Of a DNA stretch of 64,000 bases, positions 27,906-36,781 are shown piece after piece. The first letter of the stretch is position 1, and each line of letters starts with the position of its first letter. This stretch comes from an uncultured Chloroflexia bacterium. Its GTDB lineage: Bacteria; Chloroflexota; Limnocylindria; Limnocylindrales; CSP1-4. The DNA lies in NCBI GenBank assembly GCA_963707215.1, contig CAVPPB010000003.1, positions 960,001 through 1,024,000 on the forward strand, given 5' to 3'. The position numbers and the translations under genes were made by a program. The notes under the pieces are model-generated. The model had not been told where the DNA came from, ran no database searches, and saw nothing but the letters and a program-made list of their open reading frames with translations.

Positions 27906-28954
27906 TGCTGCCAGGCATCGAGATCGGCGTCGGCCGAGCGCAGCGCGGCTAGGATCGCCAACCGGCCACCGACGCGCGAGCGCAGCGTCCGGGCCCTGGC
28001 CGCGCGATGACGAGGGAGTGAGACACAGACCCACGCCATCGCCACGAACGACAAGACCACCATCCCGGGGCGAACGAGCAGCGAGACGAGGCCGGTCGTC
28101 GGAATGTGATCAGCCTTGCCGCCGGACCGGAACAGCAGATCCGGGAGCGCCCGCAAGTACTCGGACGCGTGCATCGACCGCAGGCACGCCAGATGGCGGT
28201 TCCGAAGGATCCGGACGGTCTTGGCTACGGCCCGTCTGTCTAGCCACGCCTCGGGCGTCAGGTCGTGCAGGAAGACGGCATCCTGGGCTATCACGACACC
28301 CCTCCCCGCGGCGCGTAACCGCAGGGCGAGGTCGGTGTCCTCGCAGTAGGCCCAGAAGTCCTGATCGAACAGGCCGCCGATGGCAGGTAGGACATCGCGG
28401 TCGATCATGAACGCGGCGCCCGAGACGAACAGCGTCGGGACGATCCGCGGGCCTGGCGCCACCGCGTAGCCGACGAATGCGGCCCGGGTGAGCTCCGCGA
28501 TGTGCACGTCGGGGTGCTCGGCGGCCCGGTCGAACCCCTCGGCGCAGGCCTGCCAGGGCAGGACCATGTTGCCGTGGATGGCCGCCGCCCCGGTGGACTC
28601 GGCGGCCTCGACCATCGCCCGGATGAACCCACGTGACACGACGGTGTCCTGGTTCAGGAACAGGACCCACCTCGCGGTCGCGTGGTCCAGTGCAGCGACG
28701 TTCCCTGCAGCGTAGCCCAGGTTCACCGGGGACCTGACGAGCCGTACCGAAGGATGCCGACGCTCCACCCGCTCGGGCGTCCCGTCGATGGAAGCGTTGT
28801 CGAAGAAGATGATCTCGTACGTTGGGGTGCCGTCGCGCTGGTCACCGAGCGCCCCGAGGCAGTCGTCGACATACGCCAGCCCGTTGAACCCCAGGACCAC
28901 GACAGAGACCTCCGGTGACCCGACAGCGCCGGATCCGTCGGAACGAGTGACCAC
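27893..28954 (-). CDS. GT2-family glycosyltransferase (WbbL/rhamnosyltransferase-like)
   Basis: FFDNASID, NLGYAAGN, FLNQDT, SGAAFMI, FWAYCEDTDLALR. Confidence 0.88.
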   Translation of the reverse strand: MVTRSDGSGAVGSPEVSVVVLGFNGLAYVDDCLGALGDQRDGTPTYEIIFFDNASIDGTPERVERRHPSVRLVRSPVNLGYAAGNVAALDHATARWVLFLNQDTVVSRGFIRAMVEAAESTGAAAIHGNMVLPWQACAEGFDRAAEHPDVHIAELTRAAFVGYAVAPGPRIVPTLFVSGAAFMIDRDVLPAIGGLFDQDFWAYCEDTDLALRLRAAGRGVVIAQDAVFLHDLTPEAWLDRRAVAKTVRILRNRHLACLRSMHASEYLRALPDLLFRSGGKADHIPTTGLVSLLVRPGMVVLSFVAMAWVCVSLPRHRAARARTLRSRVGGRLAILAALRSADADLDAWQHQRS

Positions 28955-29049
28955 AGGCCCTCCAGCGGGATACGGCCACAGACCCGGACGGGCCCGTGTG
29001 TGCGCTAGGGTATGCCAGCGACGATGGCCCCTGACCGGGACCCCGAGCG

Positions 29050-30093
29050 ATGTTCGAGGCGGATGTGCGCTTCCGATACCTGACCCGCTGGTACGTATAC
29101 GGTCCGGTCTCGCTGCTCCTGCTCGCCTTCGTCGTCATCCGCGCGCGCCCAGCAGAGATGCTGGACCAGCTGGCCGCGGCTGATCTTCGGCTGATCGCCG
29201 CCGCGATCGCCCTCAACGTCGTCGTGATCGGGCTCTGGGTGATCCGCTCGAACCAGCTCCTCGATGCCCATGGGCGCCGGCTCGGCAGCTGGCCGATGGC
29301 GCTGCTCGTGACGTTCGCCAACACGGCCAGCACGATCACTCCGGCAAGCGCCGGCGAGGCGGTCAGGGTCGTCCTGCTCGAGCGGCGCCATGGGATCCCA
29401 CTCGCGACCGGGACGGCAGTCATCCTGGTCGAGCGCTTCCTGGCCCTCTACCTGATGATCCTCACCACGATCGTGGCCTGGGCGTGGCTGCTCCTGGACC
29501 CAGGGCCCGTGCTCGGGACATCCATCGCCGCCGCCGCGATCGTCCTGGCCTTCGCGCCGACCGGCGCCTACCGACTCGGTCTGCGTCCTCTGGGCCGGAT
29601 AGGGGATGCCGTCCAAGCCCGTCGTGGACCCGGTCGCATCCGCCATGTCGGACATCAACTGACCATCCTCGACGCAAGGATCGCCGAATCCTTGGTCGGC
29701 CTGCGCCAGATCGTCATCTTCACGATCGCAACGCTCGGTGTGTTCCTCGTCTACGCGATGCAGATGGCCCTGGTGGCCGCGGCGATCTCGGAACCGATCG
29801 ATCTCGTCACGGCCTGGGCCGTCCAGGGAGTGGCCGTCATCGTCGGGGTCCTCTCGGCCATCCCGTTCGGCCTGGGTCCGTCCGATGCCGCCGTAGCGAT
29901 CCTGCTGCCCGCGGCCGGGATGAGCGCCGCCACCGCAGCCGTCATCGCACTGCTCTTCAGAACGGTCAGCACTCTGCCGATCACCATCCTCGGTGTCGCC
30001 GCGTATGCCATCCTCTCGCGGTCCACGCCCCTCTCGCCTGCACCGGCACCGGGCATGGATCCGCCGGAAGGCACCGGCCTCCCTCCCGGGTGA
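29050..30093 (+). CDS. Lysylphosphatidylglycerol-synthase TM / AglD2-like flippase domain protein
   Basis: ITPASAGEAVR, ILVERFL, IPFGLGPSD, LLFR. Confidence 0.8.
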   Translation: MFEADVRFRYLTRWYVYGPVSLLLLAFVVIRARPAEMLDQLAAADLRLIAAAIALNVVVIGLWVIRSNQLLDAHGRRLGSWPMALLVTFANTASTITPASAGEAVRVVLLERRHGIPLATGTAVILVERFLALYLMILTTIVAWAWLLLDPGPVLGTSIAAAAIVLAFAPTGAYRLGLRPLGRIGDAVQARRGPGRIRHVGHQLTILDARIAESLVGLRQIVIFTIATLGVFLVYAMQMALVAAAISEPIDLVTAWAVQGVAVIVGVLSAIPFGLGPSDAAVAILLPAAGMSAATAAVIALLFRTVSTLPITILGVAAYAILSRSTPLSPAPAPGMDPPEGTGLPPG

Positions 30094-31406
30094 ACGGACC
30101 GTTCTTGGCCAGTGCGGTCGCGGTGCTCGTCGGGATCGGCTTCCTGCTCGCCTGGCGGGCCGGCGGCGCCCCCGGACGCCCGCTGGCCCCGGCGACGCCG
30201 GTCCGGATCGTGGCGCTCGGATACCTCGTCATGTACGGCGTCGGGTCGATCTGGCTCGCCGTGACGGGAGAGGCGACCGGCGGACCGGCGCTCGTGGCTG
30301 GTGGGATGCTCGCGATCGGCGTCGGAGCGACGCTTGTGACCTGGCGGCTCGGTCGGCCCGAGGTGATGCCGACCGACTCGATCGTCGGGACGCTACGAGC
30401 CTGGGTGGCCGTCGGTCTTGCGGTGGTCGGGCTGGTCGCGTTCGCCTGGATCGCGGCCGGGAACGGGATCCCGCTCCTGTCCGAGGACCCGCAAGGGACA
30501 CGGACGGCCTGGGGCGGCTACGCCTTCGACATGTTCCGTTGGCTCGTCCCGCCGGTGGCGCTCGTGACCCTGGCCGTCGCCCTGGCCGCTGGGCGTCGGG
30601 ACGCATGGGCCCTTGCCCTCGCTGGGCTCGCCGCCGTTGCCGGCCTCGAGATCCTGGTCGCATCGCGGGCCCTGCCCTTCGAGTTGGGCCTCGCGGCGCT
30701 CCTGCTCGCCTGGTGGGCAGGACGGCGCCTCCGCGCAGGAGCGTGGGTGCTCGTCCTGGGCGCCGCCGCGATGATCTTCCTGGGGGTGCTTTTCGCCCGC
30801 TTGAGTCCCGGTGGAAGCTTCAGTAGCCCGCTCGACGCCCTCGTCTTCGCCGTGAATCGGACGGTCAACCGGGTCCTACTCATCCATCCGCGGACGATCG
30901 ACCTGACCGTCGAGCTGTTCCCGGACGAGGAGCCGTACCTTGGCGGCAGCACCTACACGCGCTGGCTTGCCAGGGCGACCGGCGGGGAGCCGGAGCCTCC
31001 GCTCGGCGCGTGGTTGTTCGAGCAGCTGTTCCCCGGGGAGCCACCAGGGGGATTTGCCGCCCCCGGCGTGCTGGCCGAGGGCTACGCGAACGGCGGGCCG
31101 CTCCTCGCTCTCGCCCTGATGCTGGCCCTCGGTGGCGGTTCCGCGTGGCTGGGACGGCGCCAGCCGGACTGGCCACCAGGCGCTGCGACCAGGGTGCTGG
31201 GCGCGCTGCTGATCGTCGCTCTGATGCGAACGTACGCAACCAGCCTCAACGGCTTCGTACTGACCGCGGCGGCGGCGGTCGCCTGGTGGGTCGCGGTCGG
31301 AGCCCCGCTCGGACGGCTCCGGAGAGCCCTCGCCCGCAGATCGGAGCCGGCTCGCCGCGAGGCGAGTCAGGCGCTGGACGACCAGGCCCCCCCGGGACCC
31401 GTCTAG
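30090..31406 (+). CDS. Wzy/O-antigen polymerase-like polytopic membrane protein
   Basis: GTGA overlap; about 10 TM; large loop followed by GVLAEGYANGG. Confidence 0.65.
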   Translation: MNGPFLASAVAVLVGIGFLLAWRAGGAPGRPLAPATPVRIVALGYLVMYGVGSIWLAVTGEATGGPALVAGGMLAIGVGATLVTWRLGRPEVMPTDSIVGTLRAWVAVGLAVVGLVAFAWIAAGNGIPLLSEDPQGTRTAWGGYAFDMFRWLVPPVALVTLAVALAAGRRDAWALALAGLAAVAGLEILVASRALPFELGLAALLLAWWAGRRLRAGAWVLVLGAAAMIFLGVLFARLSPGGSFSSPLDALVFAVNRTVNRVLLIHPRTIDLTVELFPDEEPYLGGSTYTRWLARATGGEPEPPLGAWLFEQLFPGEPPGGFAAPGVLAEGYANGGPLLALALMLALGGGSAWLGRRQPDWPPGAATRVLGALLIVALMRTYATSLNGFVLTAAAAVAWWVAVGAPLGRLRRALARRSEPARREASQALDDQAPPGPV

Positions 31407-32593
31407 CCGTTGGGGCTCGCCGCAGACACGCCACTTGGCGACGGACTCGGGACTGGGGCGAGCGACGGGACCGGGGCCATCCAGTCATCGATGGCTCCCC
31501 GGACGACGGGCAGCTTGAGCTCGATGCTCGCCGTCCCGGGGATCCCGGCCGCCCACTTCGTGGGTCCGAAGACCGTGCGCTGGTCGGTCGTCAGGTCCGC
31601 CCTGGACGCGATCTCGTAGATGCCGATCAGCTTGTCGAGCGGTAGATCGGTGCGGACCCACTGGGAGCCGATTCGCAGGAGATCCGGAACGACGGCGACA
31701 CCCTTCGACTCCACCTTGGCGACGGCCGAGGCCACGAGGAGCTGCTGGCGACGTGCGCGTTCGTAGTCGTTGTCACCCTTGCGGGTCCGGGCGAAGATGA
31801 GCGCCCGTTCGCCGTCGAGGTGGTTCTTGCCGGCCGGGAAGTACACGCCCTGCTGCTTGCTGGTGACCCAGTAGTACGGGTCGTTCACCGCCTTGGCGAG
31901 CGTGACGTCCACGCCACCGACGGCATCGACGAGCTGACGGACGCCTTCGAAGCCGACGACCGCGTACCAGTCGACCTCCACGCCGAGGGCCGAGCCCACG
32001 ATCCGCTTCATCTCGGAGCCGGCCTTCGGCCTGCCCAACTTCGCGATCAGGCTCTGGTAGAGGCCGTTGACCTTCGGGCTGTAGACGCTGCCGTCCGGGA
32101 GCGGGAACCGCGCCGTGTCGCGCGGGATGCTGACGACCGCGGTCTGCCCGGTCTCGGCAGCGATCGAGACCACCATGATGACGTCCGTCCGGTTGCCAGG
32201 GTGGGATGGCCGGTAGTCGGACCCAAGCAGCAGGATCGTGAACCGGCCGTCATGACCGACGAGGACGTCGGGCTCGGACGATGGCTCGAGAGAGGGCAGT
32301 GGCTCGGGCGTTCGAGACGGCCGAGGGCTCGGACTCGGGGAGGAGGCGGCCATCGGCTCGGGCGACGGCGACGGCGAGGTCGCCGGGGAGCACCCCCCGA
32401 TGACGAACACCGCCAGCATGGAGGCCGCTGCGACCAGCGCGAACGGCCGAGGGCGACGCCTGAAGCTCGAGGCGCGAGGGACGGCGAGGACCCGAGGATC
32501 CAGCATCATCGCCGGGCCATCATGGTGCGTGGGCGCACCACCTGCCATCACCCGAAGGTCCCGGTCGACCCCGTACCCCACCGGACCGCTCAT
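31403..32593 (-). CDS. LCP (LytR-CpsA-Psr) family protein
   Basis: ILLLGSD, RTDVIMV, SIPRD, VDAVGGV, LDGERALIFARTR, DYERARRQQ. Start uncertain (ATG 32593 with GGGAAGG). Confidence 0.9.
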   Translation of the reverse strand: MSGPVGYGVDRDLRVMAGGAPTHHDGPAMMLDPRVLAVPRASSFRRRPRPFALVAAASMLAVFVIGGCSPATSPSPSPEPMAASSPSPSPRPSRTPEPLPSLEPSSEPDVLVGHDGRFTILLLGSDYRPSHPGNRTDVIMVVSIAAETGQTAVVSIPRDTARFPLPDGSVYSPKVNGLYQSLIAKLGRPKAGSEMKRIVGSALGVEVDWYAVVGFEGVRQLVDAVGGVDVTLAKAVNDPYYWVTSKQQGVYFPAGKNHLDGERALIFARTRKGDNDYERARRQQLLVASAVAKVESKGVAVVPDLLRIGSQWVRTDLPLDKLIGIYEIASRADLTTDQRTVFGPTKWAAGIPGTASIELKLPVVRGAIDDWMAPVPSLAPVPSPSPSGVSAASPNG

Positions 32594-32615
32594 GCCTTCC
32601 CCGGCTCGCCCGTCG

Positions 32616-34007
32616 CTAGGGCGACGGGCTCGGAGCTCCCGCGGCGGGGGTCCAGTAGCGGCTGTCCTCGCCATAGAAGTCGATGGACAGCTTGACGACG
32701 GCGTCCATCTTCGGGACCAGGATGTAGGTGCCGCCGGTCTGGGAGAGCGGCGGCTGGTCCGCATACTTCCTGGGCCCGAGGACGACCCGCTCGACGGTCC
32801 CGTCGTTGACCTTCCTGGCCAGGTCCAGCATCTCACCGATGCGTTCGGCCGGGAAGTTGGTGCGGACCGTCTCGCCGGCGGCCGCGATGAGCGACGGGAT
32901 CTGGGGGATCACCGATGGATCGGTCAGTCGCTTGCGCAACGCGAGGAGGATCTCCTGTTGCCGGCGCGCCCGGGTGAAGTCATTGTCACCAGCGCCCTTC
33001 CGGGAGCGCGCGTAGGCGAGCGCCTCTTGCCCATCCAGGTGGTGCGGACCCGCAGAAAGCCGGAACCCGACGGGTCGGCCGTCGGTCCACCCGCCGTAGC
33101 CCGGATCGTTGATGGCCTTCTGGTTGACGATGTCGATCCCGCCGACGGCATCGACCATCTGGACGAAGCCCGGCAGGTTGATGGCCGCGTAGTACGGGAC
33201 GGGGACACCCACAAGGTGGCCCAGCGCGCTCATCAGCGCAGGCAGCGGCCCCTCCGGGAACTCGTCCGGGTGGCGCTGCGCGTAGCTCATCAACGAGTTG
33301 ATCTTGCCGCGATAGATCCGCCCGTCCGGCAACTCGAAGCGGGCCAGGTCCCGTGGGATGCTGATCATCGAGGTCTCGCCCGTCTGGGGGTCGATCGAGG
33401 CGACGATCATCGTGTCGGTGAGGTTCGTGCTCCGTCCGGGCTCCGAATCGATGCCCGTGATGAGCACGGTGACCCGCTCACCGGGCGGGGGCGGCGTCCC
33501 GACCGGCGCCACCGGGAACAGGTTCGAGGGATCCGGGGTCGCGCCCGGCGCGGCGCCCGGGTCGTCACCGGTGAAGATCTTGGAGCCGGCTTCGTAGACC
33601 GACCACAGTCCCCAGGCCAGGGAACCGTGGACCAGTAGGGTCACGAGACCGAGGGCACCGAAGGTGGTGAGGGTGGAGGGTCGTCGCCAGGCCCGCCGAT
33701 CGGCGACCTGGATGGCGTCGCCCATCGACAGGATCCGCCAGGCGGCGGTGGCAAGCGCCAGGATCGTGAAGGATCCGGCGATCGCTGGCGTCAGGAAGCG
33801 CAGCGCGAACGTCTCCCAGCCGGTGACCAGCTGCCAGAGGATCAGCCCCGCTAGGGCCAGGGCCGGGATCGCGAACAGGAGGGCCCGGACGGGCCGCGAC
33901 GCGTAGGCCTGGCCGAGGCCGGGCCACAGGAACGAGAGGGCCGTGGCGACGGTCGCAGAGCGGCCGCGGCGCGGGTCCGGTGGCATCCGGCTGGGATCAG
34001 GCTGCAC
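32616..34007 (-). CDS. LCP family protein with N-terminal TM domain
   Basis: PGLGQ, TDTMIV, SIPRD, LDGQEALAYARSR, DFTRARRQQ. Confidence 0.92.
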   Translation of the reverse strand: MQPDPSRMPPDPRRGRSATVATALSFLWPGLGQAYASRPVRALLFAIPALALAGLILWQLVTGWETFALRFLTPAIAGSFTILALATAAWRILSMGDAIQVADRRAWRRPSTLTTFGALGLVTLLVHGSLAWGLWSVYEAGSKIFTGDDPGAAPGATPDPSNLFPVAPVGTPPPPGERVTVLITGIDSEPGRSTNLTDTMIVASIDPQTGETSMISIPRDLARFELPDGRIYRGKINSLMSYAQRHPDEFPEGPLPALMSALGHLVGVPVPYYAAINLPGFVQMVDAVGGIDIVNQKAINDPGYGGWTDGRPVGFRLSAGPHHLDGQEALAYARSRKGAGDNDFTRARRQQEILLALRKRLTDPSVIPQIPSLIAAAGETVRTNFPAERIGEMLDLARKVNDGTVERVVLGPRKYADQPPLSQTGGTYILVPKMDAVVKLSIDFYGEDSRYWTPAAGAPSPSP

Positions 34008-34048
34008 GGCGGCGCGAATGTAGCACGGGTCGGCGTAACCCTCGTTCT

Positions 34049-34182
34049 ATCGGCGGTCGGTCCCGGGCCTTCGGGCGGGACGACCCGATCAGGCTTCCCG
34101 GGGCTCGGTGGGGCCGGGGTTCTGACGGACCCGTCGCGGCGGGTGTGACGACCAGAGCGTCACCCCGGGGCAAGCCGTGATC
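34049..34182. other. Structured intergenic element (hairpin plus multibranch fold); possible terminator of the fab operon or a small RNA
   Basis: Hairpin 34049-34089 with a cTTCGg loop; 34087-34103 pairs with 34163-34182, enclosing 3 hairpins. Confidence 0.35.
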
Positions 34183-34188
34183 CCGGCC

Positions 34189-34938
34189 CTACATCATCGC
34201 CAGGCCGCCGTCCACGCCCAGGACCTGCCCCGTGATGTAGGCGGCCTCGTCGCTGGCGAGGAAGGCGACCGCGTTGGCGACCTCGTCGGGGGTGGCGAAG
34301 CGACCCAGTGGAGTGGCGCCCATGATGCCGTCCTTGACCCGGTCCGGCAGGCCGTCGGTCAGCTCGGTGGTGACGAAGCCCGGCGCGACGGCGTTGACGG
34401 TGATCCCCCGCGAGGCCACTTCACGGGCGAGCGACTTGGTGAGGCCGATGAGGCCGGCCTTGGACGCCGCGTAGTTGGCCTGGCCGGCGTTGCCCATCTG
34501 GCCGGCCACGCTGGTCATGTTCACGATCCGCCCGGAGCGCTGCTTGATCATCGGCCGGAGGACGGCCCGGGCCATGTAGAAGGCGCCGGTCAGGTTGACG
34601 TTCAGCACCTCGGCCCAGGCCTCGTCGGTCATCCGCATCGCCAGGTCGTCGCGGGTGATCCCGGCGTTGTTGACCAGGATGTCGATCCGCCCGAACGCCT
34701 TGAGGGTCTCCTCGACCGTCGCCGCACAGGACGCCGGATCGGTCACGTCGCCGCCCACGCACACGGAGCGACGCCCGATCGCCTCGACGTCGCCCTTGGT
34801 GTGGTCGTCGATCAGGCAGGCGGCCCGGTCGATGAAGGCCACGTCGGCGCCCTGGCGCGCGAGCAGCAGCGAGACGGCCCGGCCGATGCCCCGGGAGCCG
34901 CCGGTGACGATGGCCACCTTGCCGGTCAGATCGATCAT
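34189..34938 (-). CDS. fabG: 3-oxoacyl-ACP reductase
   Basis: TGGSRGIG, NNAGITRD, GNAGQANYAASK, VAPGF, YITGQVL. Confidence 0.93.
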   Translation of the reverse strand: MIDLTGKVAIVTGGSRGIGRAVSLLLARQGADVAFIDRAACLIDDHTKGDVEAIGRRSVCVGGDVTDPASCAATVEETLKAFGRIDILVNNAGITRDDLAMRMTDEAWAEVLNVNLTGAFYMARAVLRPMIKQRSGRIVNMTSVAGQMGNAGQANYAASKAGLIGLTKSLAREVASRGITVNAVAPGFVTTELTDGLPDRVKDGIMGATPLGRFATPDEVANAVAFLASDEAAYITGQVLGVDGGLAMM

Positions 34939-36128
34939 GCGTGGACCTCCGTGTGAGCGTGCTCCGGCTCGCCGGGAACGACGTCGTCGAGCGGCACGTC
35001 GACCGGTCCTGGCCGGGCCAGGACCTCGGCCAGGGCCGGCGGGATGGGATCGACCGAGTCCCAGTCGACCGGCAGGCGGACCGAGATGTCCTCGGGGCGG
35101 ACCGTCGCGGCCCGGGCGCCGGCCACCGGGTCGGCGGTCCACTCGATGGCCACCGCGCCGCTGGTGAACCCGGCCCCGAAGGCGACGATGACGATGCGAT
35201 CGCCGACCTTCACCCGGCCGGAGTCGACCGCCTCGGCCAGCGCCAGCGGGACCGACGCTGCCGAGGTGTTCCCGTAGCGGTCGACGTTGACGAACATCCG
35301 CTCCATCGGCAGGTCGAGACCCTTGGCCACCGCCTCGATGATCCGGATGTTGGCCTGGTGCGGGATGAACAGGTCGATGTCGTCGGGGTGGAGGCCAGCC
35401 CGCTCGATGGCCGCGAGGGCCGTGGAGGCAAGGGTCTTCGTGGCGAAGCGGTAGGTCTCACGGCCCTCCATCCGGATGAAGTGCTCGCCCCGGGCGAGCG
35501 TCTCGGATGATGGCGGGCTCTTGGCTCCCCCCGCGGGCAGCCAGATCATGTAGGCGCCCTGGGGCTCGGTCGTCAGCTCGACGCCCAGCGCCCCGCCCGG
35601 CTCATCGCGCCCCGAGACGACCACCGCTCCGGCGCCGTCCCCGAACAGGATGCAGGTGCCCCGGTCGGTGTAGTCGAGGAAGCGGGTCAGCAGCTCGGCG
35701 CCGACGACCAGGACGTGGCGAGCCAGACCGGCCGTCACGTACGCCTGGGCCGTGGAGAAGGCGTAGACGAAGCCGGAGCAGGCGGCCGCGACGTCCATCG
35801 CGGCGGCACGCGTGTTCCCGATCGCTTCCTTCACCAGCGCCGCCGTCGACGGCATCCAGTAGTCGGGGGTCAGCGTCGCGACGAGGATGAGGTCGACGTC
35901 GTCGGGCTCGATCCCGGCGACGCGGATGGCCCGCAGGCCGGCGGTCGCGGCCATCGAGGCCGTCGTCTCGTGGGCGGCGGCGACCCGTCGTTCGCGGATC
36001 CCGGTCCGGGTGACGATCCACTCGTCGTTGGTGTCGACCATCCGCTCGAGGTCGGCATTGGTCAGGACACCGGCCGGCGCGTAGGAGCCCCAGCCGGTCA
36101 CGTGAGCGCGCATTCCAGGATCGGTCAT
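34935..36128 (-). CDS. fabH: 3-oxoacyl-ACP synthase III
   Basis: RTGIRERR, AACSGF, LFGDGAGA, PHQAN, GNTSAAS, FGAG; about 60-aa C-terminal extension. Confidence 0.95.
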   Translation of the reverse strand: MTDPGMRAHVTGWGSYAPAGVLTNADLERMVDTNDEWIVTRTGIRERRVAAAHETTASMAATAGLRAIRVAGIEPDDVDLILVATLTPDYWMPSTAALVKEAIGNTRAAAMDVAAACSGFVYAFSTAQAYVTAGLARHVLVVGAELLTRFLDYTDRGTCILFGDGAGAVVVSGRDEPGGALGVELTTEPQGAYMIWLPAGGAKSPPSSETLARGEHFIRMEGRETYRFATKTLASTALAAIERAGLHPDDIDLFIPHQANIRIIEAVAKGLDLPMERMFVNVDRYGNTSAASVPLALAEAVDSGRVKVGDRIVIVAFGAGFTSGAVAIEWTADPVAGARAATVRPEDISVRLPVDWDSVDPIPPALAEVLARPGPVDVPLDDVVPGEPEHAHTEVHA

Positions 36129-36781
36129 AGAGGCTCCACCTCGAGGAGGGGCTGCTTCGCCTTCACCAGCTGCCCGTTCTCGGCCGCCACCCGGACGACC
36201 CGGCCCGACAGGTCGGACTTGATCTCGTTGAAGAGCTTCATCGCCTCGATCAGGCCGATGACCTGGCCGGCGACGACCTCCTGGCCGACCGTGACGAACG
36301 GCGCCGAGCCCGGCGACGGGGCCGCGTACCAGATGCCGGTCAGCGGCGCCTTGACCGAGGGTCGGCCGATCGGCGCGGCATGGGCGGCCGCCTCACCGGC
36401 CGGCCCACCGCCCGTGACCGGGGGGCCACCATCCGCCGGACCTGCCGGGGCGGCACCGGGCCCACCCGCCGGCACCGTGATCGCGATGGCCTCGGCGCGC
36501 CGGAGCACCAAGCCGGTGCCGCCCGCCTCCACCTCGAGCTCGACCAGGTCGCTGCCCTCGAGAACGGCAGCCAGCCGATCGACGAGCGCGAGCAGCGACG
36601 CGTCCGTCGAGCCGCGTTTCGGGAGGGTCGCGGCGGCCGAGTCCGATACAGGATCCGGATCCGACGCGAGGGCCGGGTCCGACGCGGGGGCCGGGTCCGA
36701 CGCCGCGCCATGCGCCTGCGCCTGCGCCTGAACGCCGTCGAACGACCCGTCCGGGACTGCCTGCGGCTCATGCTCGGTCAT
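36125..36781 (-). CDS. accB: Biotin carboxyl carrier protein (canonical)
   Basis: APLTGIWY, biotinylation motif IEAMKLFNEI. Confidence 0.93.
   Translation of the reverse strand: MTEHEPQAVPDGSFDGVQAQAQAHGAASDPAPASDPALASDPDPVSDSAAATLPKRGSTDASLLALVDRLAAVLEGSDLVELEVEAGGTGLVLRRAEAIAITVPAGGPGAAPAGPADGGPPVTGGGPAGEAAAHAAPIGRPSVKAPLTGIWYAAPSPGSAPFVTVGQEVVAGQVIGLIEAMKLFNEIKSDLSGRVVRVAAENGQLVKAKQPLLEVEPL

Noticed and set aside
36655-36710. 18-bp imperfect repeats at the accB 5' end
   Set aside because: They encode a low-complexity SDPAPA/SDPALA linker, ordinary for disordered N-termini.
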